Below are positions 1-7,469 of a stretch of 64,000 bases of DNA, piece by piece. A model generated the notes under the pieces. The model had not been told where the DNA came from. It ran no database searches and saw nothing but the letters and a program-made list of their open reading frames with translations. Both the position numbers and the translations under genes were made by a program. Positions within the stretch are counted from its first letter, which is position 1, and every line of letters starts with the position of its first letter. The DNA lies in the NCBI GenBank assembly GCA_045578985.1, contig JAZNLH010000040.1, positions 990 through 64,989 of the forward strand, read 5' to 3'. Origin of the DNA: Acutalibacteraceae bacterium (GTDB lineage: Bacteria > Bacillota > Clostridia > Oscillospirales > Acutalibacteraceae).

Positions 1-41
1 AAAACTTCGAGCACCGCATCGCGTTGCCGTGAACTTCTCAT
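1..41 (-). CDS. Fur-family transcriptional regulator, first 13 codons only (gene runs off the left edge)
   Basis: The reverse complement reads ATG AGA AGT TCA CGG CAA CGC GAT GCG GTG CTC GAA GTT = MRSSRQRDAVLEV. A GAGGTG SD lies at the complement of 47-52. R-x-x-x-QR-x-x-[IV]L-E is the usual N-terminus of Fur/PerR/Zur proteins. The fragment is too short to be sure. Confidence 0.35.
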   Translation of the reverse strand, partial: MRSSRQRDAVLEV

Positions 42-140
42 CTGATCACCTCATTGCGTTCATTAAATTTTTATTAAGTAGTAATAATTATCATTACTGT
101 AATTAATATAACAGACCATCAACCATTTGTCAACACTTTT

Positions 141-635
141 TTATATTTTTTTTAAAATTTTTTCTAACTCAATATATTCTGTTAATTCTTCTGACAAATT
201 GCGATAATACTCCGCTGTTTCCTTGTTTAAAAGCAGGTATTTTCCTATCCTTCTGACAGTTTTATCAAAACGTCTCGTTATTATATATTCCCCATTCAAA
301 AGCGGACAATCAGCGCGTTTGTCGAACTCGGTTTCTATGTATTCAATGCCATCGTTATATTTTATTATCGGAAACAGCGGATATATTCTGCAGGCAAGCG
401 GTCTTTTATTCCTATCGCATTTTCCGTCACATACAGCAACTTTATATCCTTTTTCATTTACAATTATTTTCATATCCGTATCTATTAGATTTTCCTCTCC
501 GGGAAACAAAAGCATACCTGTTTTTTCGTCACCCTTACAACATTTACCACCACAGATTTTTCCACAGTCAAATTCAAGCGGTGTTATATTTCGTAATAAA
601 GAATAACAGGTTTCTAATAAAACTTCTTTTTTCAT
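141..635 (-). CDS. YkgJ/UPF0153-type Cys-rich (putative Zn/Fe-chelating) protein
   Basis: Clean 164-aa ORF with a GAGGT SD upstream. It has an N-terminal Cys cluster CGKICGGKCC plus later CDGKC, CRIYP and CP residues, as in the CxxCxxCC family. It lies directly upstream of the Fur-like start on the same strand. Confidence 0.65.
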   Translation of the reverse strand: MKKEVLLETCYSLLRNITPLEFDCGKICGGKCCKGDEKTGMLLFPGEENLIDTDMKIIVNEKGYKVAVCDGKCDRNKRPLACRIYPLFPIIKYNDGIEYIETEFDKRADCPLLNGEYIITRRFDKTVRRIGKYLLLNKETAEYYRNLSEELTEYIELEKILKKI

Positions 636-725
636 AAAAAATACCTCAGTGTTTAAATTATTAAAAGTAGGTTAAAATATTTTTTAGATAGGTAAAAACC
701 TATCATAAAAAAGGAGGTAACGATA

Positions 726-896
726 ATGAACGATAAGAAAAACAGCAACATCGGTTGTACAGTTGAAAGCTGTAAATACCATTGCAAAGATGCAAACTAC
801 TGCTCATTAAACGCAATTGAGGTAGGCGCATGCAACTGTGACCCTAAATCAGTTGACGGTACTTGCTGCCAATCATTTGAAGCAAGTGCATATTAA
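726..896 (+). CDS. DUF1540-type small Cys-rich protein (56 aa; below the ORF-track cutoff)
   Basis: ATG at 726 is preceded by AAGGAGG (711-717). Translation: MNDKKNSNIGCTVESCKYHCKDANYCSLNAIEVGACNCDPKSVDGTCCQSFEASAY. The C-x-V-x-x-C-x-YH...C-x-x-x-x-I-x-V pattern matches DUF1540. A hairpin terminator follows. Confidence 0.7.
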   Translation: MNDKKNSNIGCTVESCKYHCKDANYCSLNAIEVGACNCDPKSVDGTCCQSFEASAY

Positions 897-902
897 TTAA
901 GG

Positions 903-945
903 AAATCCGTCCGATAGCCAGGTTTATCGGACGGATTTGTCTTTC
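903..945 (+). terminator. Intrinsic terminator after the DUF1540 gene
   Basis: Perfect 14-bp stem AAATCCGTCCGATA (903-916) / TATCGGACGGATTT (925-938), followed by GTCTTTCTG. Confidence 0.7.
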
Positions 946-954
946 TGTACTCGC

Positions 955-2613
955 TTATATTTTTGGACAATCCGTAACGAGATTATCTGTATTTTTAAAA
1001 TTAACCCATCTATGGTCTGCGGGTCTGCCCTTGTACACGTTATCACGCATAAGTATATTGGCAGAGTTAATTACATTTAATGCATAAGTATTGTTTATAA
1101 TAAACAAGTTGTTTTCAATAAGAATGTTTCTGTGAACAGGCCCTGCATATTTTTTATTCTCGGGTTTAATAAGAATTGCATTTTCTTCACAGTTCATAAA
1201 CGCATTACCGCGTATTATAACATCACTAACTGCGCCGCTTTCATACCAACTTGAAGCATCATCTGAAATAAGTATGCCACTCATACCGGTATTCAGGAAC
1301 TTGTTGTTTTCAATTCTCACTTTACCGCGAGTTGTAACCAACACACCACGTGTAACAATTCTGTTTATAGTATTGCCCGAAAACTCAAAATCAGGACAAG
1401 CCGATATATTTTCAATAACACCGCCCACACCTATTGGCGGGTCATAGGTAGCAAGAACCAGATCATAATAGTATTCATCACGAAGTGTAGCATGTAAAAT
1501 TTTAGTTCTTCCGATTTCTAAAAGTGTTTTCGGATCCACAAATGCAATAGTGTCCCCTTCTCTTATGCACTCAAAGCCATAACTTTGAGGATGAGGGAAC
1601 TTCACGGTAATTTTATCCTTGTTAGCTTTAACTATTTTAAAATGAAATCCGTGAACGTTACAAGCATCGTCGCCCGCTGCATCAAAATTGGAATCAACAA
1701 CCTTAATTCTTCCTCGGCACATACTGAATTGTAAAAAATCAGCAACTGAACAAAAATCCACTTCCGCATTGGAATTAGGTGAAAAATCCACATTATTCAA
1801 TGTTATGTTTTCGCTATTCTGAGCTATAAACCCAAGGGAATTATTGTATCTTTGTCTGACATTCTCTATAACGATATCCTTTGAAGAATCAATAACAATT
1901 CCGACCTCTTTACGCACACACGGAAACATATAAAAAACCTGACCGACCTCATAGTCCTTAGGCGTTATAAACCTGATATTAAAAACCCTGTCTGCAATTT
2001 GTTTTATTGATGTAGCACCTGCAAATGGGTGACTGTCGTTGCGCTTAATATGGTTATAGTTCGACGGTCTGGCAGTAGCCATCCACCAACCTCTGTTTTT
2101 ATATTCCGTAAAGCCCAACTTATAATCCGTCCCATACCAATAAAACTCTCCGTTTTCTTCCACATATTTGCTGGTTTCATCAATTTTAACCGTTACATAA
2201 AATGATGATGCTTTAATAACAGTAATTTTATGCACATTGGGAAGAACCGTTTGAATATTCAGATTCTTGATTTTAATTTTTTCACAGTTTTTAATAAGGA
2301 TATTAGTCATCACGCCATCCATTATAAAATTAGAATCGCAACAATCTATTTCCATATCCTTTACATTTTCAATTACAATTGCTGTTCGGTGAACATTTTT
2401 CTGTTCTTCTTTAGAATATTCTTCCGCGGCAATAGTATTAGATATATGCATTTCACGCACATCAGCATTTTTACTGCAAAAAACATAATTCCCTTTAACA
2501 AGAGTAAGTGTTTTATGTATTGCCGTCTGTGCGGTTGTATTAAAAAGGTTTCTGAACCCTATAGTAGCTTCAATATCAGGCTTCAGACTGAAAGATTCAG
2601 GGTATATTACCAA
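955..2613 (-). CDS. Right-handed parallel beta-helix repeat protein (probable cytoplasmic glycoside-hydrolase/lyase-fold enzyme)
   Basis: 552-aa ORF with no signal peptide. It shows periodic beta-helix-like repeats rich in N/G/I/V, for example NNKFLNTGMSGILISDD and IIRGNAFMNCEENAILI. The family assignment (GH110-like?) cannot be verified here. Confidence 0.55.
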   Translation of the reverse strand: MVIYPESFSLKPDIEATIGFRNLFNTTAQTAIHKTLTLVKGNYVFCSKNADVREMHISNTIAAEEYSKEEQKNVHRTAIVIENVKDMEIDCCDSNFIMDGVMTNILIKNCEKIKIKNLNIQTVLPNVHKITVIKASSFYVTVKIDETSKYVEENGEFYWYGTDYKLGFTEYKNRGWWMATARPSNYNHIKRNDSHPFAGATSIKQIADRVFNIRFITPKDYEVGQVFYMFPCVRKEVGIVIDSSKDIVIENVRQRYNNSLGFIAQNSENITLNNVDFSPNSNAEVDFCSVADFLQFSMCRGRIKVVDSNFDAAGDDACNVHGFHFKIVKANKDKITVKFPHPQSYGFECIREGDTIAFVDPKTLLEIGRTKILHATLRDEYYYDLVLATYDPPIGVGGVIENISACPDFEFSGNTINRIVTRGVLVTTRGKVRIENNKFLNTGMSGILISDDASSWYESGAVSDVIIRGNAFMNCEENAILIKPENKKYAGPVHRNILIENNLFIINNTYALNVINSANILMRDNVYKGRPADHRWVNFKNTDNLVTDCPKI

Positions 2614-2709
2614 CTTTTTTCACCACCAAAAAAGATTACAAAAATATAATACAATACGCAGGTCAAAAAAGCAACACAGGGTCTTTTAAAATTTTTGGAA
2701 AAGAACAAG

Positions 2710-2740
2710 AAAAGACCACCGCTTTTTGCGATGGTCTTTT
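2710..2740. terminator. Orphan terminator-like hairpin between two divergent genes
   Basis: AAAAGACCACCGC-TTTTT-GCGATGGTCTTTT forms 12 pairs with 1 mismatch. It is flanked by an A-run on one side and CTTTTCTTG on the other. On the minus strand it is followed by a T-rich tract (CTTTTCTTGTTCTTTTCC). Confidence 0.45.
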
Positions 2741-3052
2741 CTTGAACTTAGAAAGCTATTAACTTCCTGCGTATCGTATTGGCATCTTTATAATAACCCC
2801 TTGTTGTTGTATTGATGTTGCGCATTTATGAACAAACTGTGAACATTTCAATGCTTGGCACACTTTTTTTCCGAGCAAAAACCGTTTTTCGTCAACATTA
2901 ACAAGCGTTTGTGTTGGTTTTTGTGCAGATTATCTTTCTTCAAAAAAAGAAATAAAAAAAGTTTAAACTTTAGTTGAAACATTTAAAATATTGTGTTAAT
3001 CTATAACTATAATTCGTAGGAAAAATACTTCCTACGCATATGGAGGTATATT

Positions 3053-4207
3053 ATGTCAAACATTCTTGATGCTTTCAAAGAAAAGCAAACTGAAGAAAGA
3101 GTTTACACCGGTGAAAAAATAAAAGTCGGCATTATCGGTTGTGGCTGGATTGCAGAAGCACATCTTAAAAGTTACCTTAAATGTGACGACGTTGAAGTTG
3201 TTGCATTTGCTGATATTGTTCCCGGTAAAGCTGAAGCATTCGCAAAGGCTAACGGCATTGACGTTGAAAAAGTAAACTTCTATTTAAGCGATAAAGAACT
3301 TATTGATAACGAAAAAGATCTTGATGCTGTTTCAATTTGTACATACAACCGTCAGCATGCTCCTTGTGCAATTTATGCACTTGACCATGGTGTTCACGTT
3401 CTTCTTGAAAAACCCATGTGCGTTACTCTTGAAGAAGCAATTGAAATCTGCAAAGCTGAAAAACGCAGCGGTAAAATCCTTTCAATCGGTTTCCAGCCTC
3501 GTTTTGACGAGAATATGAAAATGGTTAAAAAGATTTGCGAAAGTGGCGTGCTTGGCAAAATTTATTACATCCAGACCGGTGGCGGCAGAAGAATGGGTAT
3601 CCCCACTCCTTTCGGCACATCCTTCATTCAGGAAGATACAGCCGGACTTGGTGCATTAGGCGATATCGGTTGTTATTCACTTGATATGGTTCTTAATGCT
3701 ATCGGTTATCCGAAGCCCCTTACAGTTACAGGCTTTAAAGCAGGTCTTTTCGGCAAAAAGCCTGAATACCTTCAGAAACCCGAATATACAGAGGTTTTCG
3801 GTGTTGATGACTTCGCAGCCGCATACGTTCGTCTTGAAGGTGATATCGTTCTTGACTTCCGTATTGCATGGGCAATGCATTGCGATACTCCCGGTGATAC
3901 AATCATCATGGGTACAGAAGGCGGTCTTAGAATTCCTTCCACAGAATGCTGGAATGGTTCAATCGGCGGTCCTATGACAATTTACCACAACATCGCCGGT
4001 GAATGTGTTGAAACAGTTATCCCTGAAATGGATAACGACGGCGATAACTTCGATAAGAAAATCCGTTCATTTATCGATGCTATCGAGTTCAACCTTCCTT
4101 CACCCGTACCTTCAAGCCAGATTATCTACAACCAGGCAATTATTGACGGTATTGCTCGTTCTTCCGATGCAGGCAAAGAAGTTGAAATTGTAATTCCTGA
4201 ATTCTAA
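3053..4207 (+). CDS. Gfo/Idh/MocA family NAD(P)-dependent oxidoreductase
   Basis: N-terminal Rossmann motif KVGIIGCGWIAEAH and the EKP motif (VLLEKPM). GGAGG SD lies before the ATG. 384 aa. Confidence 0.85.
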   Translation: MSNILDAFKEKQTEERVYTGEKIKVGIIGCGWIAEAHLKSYLKCDDVEVVAFADIVPGKAEAFAKANGIDVEKVNFYLSDKELIDNEKDLDAVSICTYNRQHAPCAIYALDHGVHVLLEKPMCVTLEEAIEICKAEKRSGKILSIGFQPRFDENMKMVKKICESGVLGKIYYIQTGGGRRMGIPTPFGTSFIQEDTAGLGALGDIGCYSLDMVLNAIGYPKPLTVTGFKAGLFGKKPEYLQKPEYTEVFGVDDFAAAYVRLEGDIVLDFRIAWAMHCDTPGDTIIMGTEGGLRIPSTECWNGSIGGPMTIYHNIAGECVETVIPEMDNDGDNFDKKIRSFIDAIEFNLPSPVPSSQIIYNQAIIDGIARSSDAGKEVEIVIPEF

Positions 4208-4215
4208 AATAAATC

Positions 4216-4255
4216 AAAAAACGCTCTTGATTTTTCAATCAAGAGCGTTTTTTTT
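4216..4255. terminator. Bidirectional intrinsic terminator between convergent genes
   Basis: Stem ACGCTCTTGAT (4221-4231) / ATCAAGAGCGT (4238-4248), with an A-run before it and a T-run after it. Confidence 0.8.
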
Positions 4256-4256
4256 A

Positions 4257-5369
4257 TTAATAAAATGCTTTTCTGTCTTCAGAAAGTGTTATATTGCTTT
4301 CACCATAAATTGCATTTTGCAAAGTCTGGGCAGCAAGCGGATAATCAACTTCCCAATACCAAACATCACCGGAATGTGCTTTACGTGATGCTTCATCGGG
4401 CATAACAATCTGATTAACACTGAATGTAGCCCAACCACCTATTACCGCCTTACTTGCAAGAGAAACAACTTCTGCCTCGTTATAACTGGTTTCAAGATAC
4501 GGCATAAATGTTTTAACATAATCAGTAACTTCTGAAGCTTGAATGGTAGCAGCCTTTTGAAGAAGTCCTGTAAGCACCTGTCTCTGACGGCGTGTACGGC
4601 TAACGTCACCATCCGCATCGCATCTACGGCTACGGCAGAAAGCAAGAGCTTCATCACCGTTTAATGTTACTGCATTTCCTGCTTCAATATCGAAGCCGTA
4701 ACCTTTATTTATATAGTCAGCCTCATATTGTTGAACCGGAACAGTCACACCGCCTAATTTATCGATTACCGCCTTGAACAAAGCAAAATTAATCATAGCG
4801 TAACCGTCAATTCGGATTTTGAAGTGGCTTTCAATTGTGTTTATAAGATTTTCAACACCGTAGAACGGGAATGCAGAATTGATTTTATTAAAACTACCCA
4901 CACCGTCCGGTGATTCAAGGTAAGCATAACTATCGCGCATTATTGATGTGAATGTTATAGTTCCGAGTTTTTTGTTGACCGAAACAATAATCATAGAGTC
5001 AGTAAGACCTGAAATAGTATTTTTGTTACGAGTGTCAACACCCAGACAAAGAACATTTATGACATCTTCGCTGTACATCACATCGCCGCCGTTGGTAGCC
5101 CACTCTTTTATAGCAGCTTTAAGTTCTGTTGAGTTACCCTCAAAAATCTGCTCAAATTCCGGGTCATCCTGTAAAGATGCCGCTACAGTTTCGTGTTCGT
5201 CAAAGTCATATGTCAAAGTATCTTCAACTTCGGGAGGAGCGTTTTTTATACTACGCCAATAAGAAAAACCTACAGCAAATAAACCTATACAAAGCACAAG
5301 AATAATGCAAATAATTGTTATGAGTATTTTTTTACCCTTTTTGTTTTTATTTTTGGACATAATCATCAC
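4257..5369 (-). CDS. LytR-CpsA-Psr (LCP) family cell-wall glycopolymer transferase
   Basis: N-terminal membrane anchor (KILITIICIILVLCIGLFAVGF). LCP signature blocks LCLGVDTR, SMIIVSVN, SIMRDSY and FCRSRR. Confidence 0.85.
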   Translation of the reverse strand: MMIMSKNKNKKGKKILITIICIILVLCIGLFAVGFSYWRSIKNAPPEVEDTLTYDFDEHETVAASLQDDPEFEQIFEGNSTELKAAIKEWATNGGDVMYSEDVINVLCLGVDTRNKNTISGLTDSMIIVSVNKKLGTITFTSIMRDSYAYLESPDGVGSFNKINSAFPFYGVENLINTIESHFKIRIDGYAMINFALFKAVIDKLGGVTVPVQQYEADYINKGYGFDIEAGNAVTLNGDEALAFCRSRRCDADGDVSRTRRQRQVLTGLLQKAATIQASEVTDYVKTFMPYLETSYNEAEVVSLASKAVIGGWATFSVNQIVMPDEASRKAHSGDVWYWEVDYPLAAQTLQNAIYGESNITLSEDRKAFY

Positions 5370-5473
5370 CTTAAAAAGTTATAAAGCTATTATAATACGA
5401 TTCTCAAGATATTACAATAGTTTTGTTATATACCAAGTTATATACAACAACGCCGTTCCGAAATTTTATATTT

Positions 5474-6166
5474 TTAATTTTTCATTCCTTTGAGTGCTGT
5501 CATAACAGCTTCTTCAGACATATCACAAGACATTTCATAAATAGGTATATCAGAAAGAATTCTGTTCAGTGTTTCAAGCATATCTTTCATAAGCTCCTTG
5601 TCATAAGGGCGAACAGTTTGATCCATAAATAGTTTCAACGCCTTTATTCCGGGAATTCTTTTAATTTTATTTTCGCCACGTGACAAGAAAGTAATACCCG
5701 CAATCGGTACACCTTCATTAACACTTTCATCCGTTTTACCACTCCAGGGTGTACCGTAAGCATAAAACACTCCATCAACCAGTCTTATGGCAGGTTTATC
5801 ATCGTTAATAATACGAGCACCGGGCAAATATTTTAACCATAAATGTGTATGTGTAGACTTTCCTGTTCCTGAACGCGCCGAAAACAAATACGCCTTGCCC
5901 TCATATTCAACACAAGATGCGTGTAACATTACGCCATTAAATTTTGCAAGTCTTTCATAAAAATGAGCACCACTCCAAAGATATTCTGCCTCACCTTGAG
6001 TTAAGTTAAGATGCTCCGCTTGCCTGTCTATATAATACTGTTCAGAAACACAAAAAACAATATCTGCATCTTCATCGCCATCATATTTGTAGGGTTCAAC
6101 ACGAGATAAAAGCAAATCGTTATGAATATTCAGTTCAACAATTAAATCAGCTGTTTTAATCTTCAA
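5474..6166 (-). CDS. HPr-kinase-like P-loop protein (HprK C-terminal-domain fold; substrate unknown)
   Basis: 230-aa ORF with a TTG start and a strong AGGAG SD 7 nt upstream. Walker-A-like SARSGTGKSTH sits mid-protein after HASCVEYEGKAYLF, the layout of HprK-related kinases. There is no N-terminal HprK domain. Confidence 0.5.
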   Translation of the reverse strand: MKIKTADLIVELNIHNDLLLSRVEPYKYDGDEDADIVFCVSEQYYIDRQAEHLNLTQGEAEYLWSGAHFYERLAKFNGVMLHASCVEYEGKAYLFSARSGTGKSTHTHLWLKYLPGARIINDDKPAIRLVDGVFYAYGTPWSGKTDESVNEGVPIAGITFLSRGENKIKRIPGIKALKLFMDQTVRPYDKELMKDMLETLNRILSDIPIYEMSCDMSEEAVMTALKGMKN

Positions 6167-6198
6167 AGTTATTCTCCTATCTTTACAACGAATATATT

Positions 6199-6589
6199 AA
6201 CGCGAAGCCTTATCATCCCTGTTTCATCTGCGATGAAATAGGGAGGGGGACCGCGTCAGCGGTGGTGGGTAGTTCTCTTGCTGTTTTTCTTCAGTAAAAG
6301 TAACGCGAAGCCTTATCATCCCTGTTTCATCTGCGATGAAATAGGGAGGGGGACCGCGTCAGCGGTGGTGGGTAGTTCTCTTGCTGTTTTTCTTCAGTAA
6401 AAGTAACGCGAAGCCTATCATCCCTGTTTCATCTGCGATGAAATAGGGAGGGGGACCGCGTAAGCGGTGGTGGGTAGTTCTCTTGCTGTTTTTCTTCAGT
6501 AAAAGTAACGCGAAGCCTATCATCCCTGTTTCATCTGCGATGAAATAGGGAGGGGACCGCGTCAGCGGTGGTGGGTAGTTCTTTTGCGG
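6199..6589 (+). repeat. Four head-to-tail copies of a ~103-bp structured repeat (unit starts 6199, 6302, 6405, 6507)
   Basis: Unit: AACGCGAAGCCTTATCATCCCTGTTTCATCTGCGATGAAATAGGGAGGGGGACCGCGTCAGCGGTGGTGGGTAGTTCTCTTGCTGTTTTTCTTCAGTAAAAGT. Periods are 103/103/102 bp with only a few substitutions or indels. There are no spacers. The array abuts the DUF559 stop codon. Confidence 0.95.
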
Positions 6590-6991
6590 TTAGTCTCCTA
6601 TGAAAGTAACCTCAACATCAACGCCCAATTCTTTCGCTCTTTCTATGCAACTGTAATAAATGGTAGTTTCTGTGTTTTTTATCGCTTTATTTATGTCGCT
6701 GTTATAAAATCGTAATAATTTATAACCTTCATTTTGTAAATATTCATGACGACGTTTTTCGTATTTCAAGTTATCTTCAAGATAATGTTGAACGCCGTCT
6801 ATTTCAATAACAAGTTTCAACTTAGGACAATAAAAGTCAACTATATATGAGCCGATTATCTTTTGCCTTATAAATCTTGGTTTTATTCTTTTAAGATACA
6901 GATGCCATAATTTATTTTCTTCTTCGGTTGGTTCTTTGCGCATCTCTCTGGCTCTGTCTACTAATATGTGGGTTATACCTTGATTTTTCAT
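6590..6991 (-). CDS. DUF559 (Vsr/restriction-endonuclease-like fold) domain protein
   Basis: 133 aa. Family pattern ARE-x-RK-x-PT-x-x-E-x-x-LW...F-x-RQ...Y-I-x-DF-x-C...L-x-IE-x-DG-x-x-H. The sequence here reads AREMRKEPTEEENKLWHLYL...FIRQKIIGSYIVDFYCPKLKLVIEIDGVQH. Confidence 0.85.
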   Translation of the reverse strand: MKNQGITHILVDRAREMRKEPTEEENKLWHLYLKRIKPRFIRQKIIGSYIVDFYCPKLKLVIEIDGVQHYLEDNLKYEKRRHEYLQNEGYKLLRFYNSDINKAIKNTETTIYYSCIERAKELGVDVEVTFIGD

Positions 6992-7019
6992 TGTTTTTTC
7001 TTCTCTCTGGATGGTGGGT

Positions 7020-7108
7020 AACAGATAAAGAACTACCCACCACCACGCTTGCGCGCGGTCCCCCTCCCTATTTCATCGCAGATGAAACAGGGATGATAGG
7101 CTTCGCTT
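7020..7108 (-). repeat. Diverged fifth copy of the 103-bp unit, inverted relative to the array, 29 bp upstream of the DUF559 ATG
   Basis: The plus strand reads AACAGATAAAGAACTACCCACCACCACGCTTGCGCGCGGTCCCCCTCCCTATTTCATCGCAGATGAAACAGGGATGATAGGCTTCGCTTT. This is the reverse complement of the unit with a 4-nt expansion in the second hairpin. An extra hairpin, GGTGGGTA-N13-TACCCACC, lies at 7013-7041. Confidence 0.9.
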
Positions 7109-7323
7109 TATTTTTACTTGTTTTCTTATTTCAATTCATCGTAAACGACAAACTCAAATAAAAAAACAATTAAAATTAACACATTACGATTTTTGCATTT
7201 TATATCACACAAGCCGAGGTTTCCCTCGGCTTGCGGTTTTTTAGTTGATTAAAAGATGTCTTTCACCCTCCGCCCCTGCGAACAGGAGCGGAGTTTCAAG
7301 TAACTTAACCGACTAAGTTGGGA

Positions 7324-7428
7324 TTAATACCAACCGTCGTTGATGTCACCAGTACCAATAGAAAGAGTGAGTACATCTTCGAGCTCGAACTCCATGATTT
7401 CGAGCTCAGGTGCTGTGTATTTTTTCAT
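7324..7428 (-). CDS. Small ORF A, 34 aa: MKKYTAPELEIMEFELEDVLTLSIGTGDINDGWY (RiPP-precursor-like peptide)
   Basis: ATG at 7428 with an AGGAG SD 9 nt upstream; TAA at 7324-7326. It shares FEL[ED]DVLTxS with ORF B while using different synonymous codons. Hairpins lie downstream at 7268-7293 and 7210-7235. Confidence 0.55.
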   Translation of the reverse strand: MKKYTAPELEIMEFELEDVLTLSIGTGDINDGWY

Positions 7429-7469
7429 TCAAAAATACTCCTTTCAGTATTCATAAAAGTAATTGAATG

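Noticed and set aside
223-606. 127-aa plus-strand ORF
   Set aside because: It is antisense shadow of the YkgJ-type gene, with a hydrophobic low-complexity translation and no SD.
6199-6589. Possible CRISPR array
   Set aside because: The units are contiguous head-to-tail (103-bp period) with no unique spacers. The repeat is far longer than CRISPR repeats, and no cas genes are present.
6928-7161. Track ORF (77 aa, plus strand) reading through the inverted repeat copy (…LARGPPPYFIADETGMIGF…)
   Set aside because: It is antisense to the DUF559 start and lies within a repeat. The array copies of the same sequence are out of frame and contain stops, and there is no SD. It is read-through of a non-coding element.
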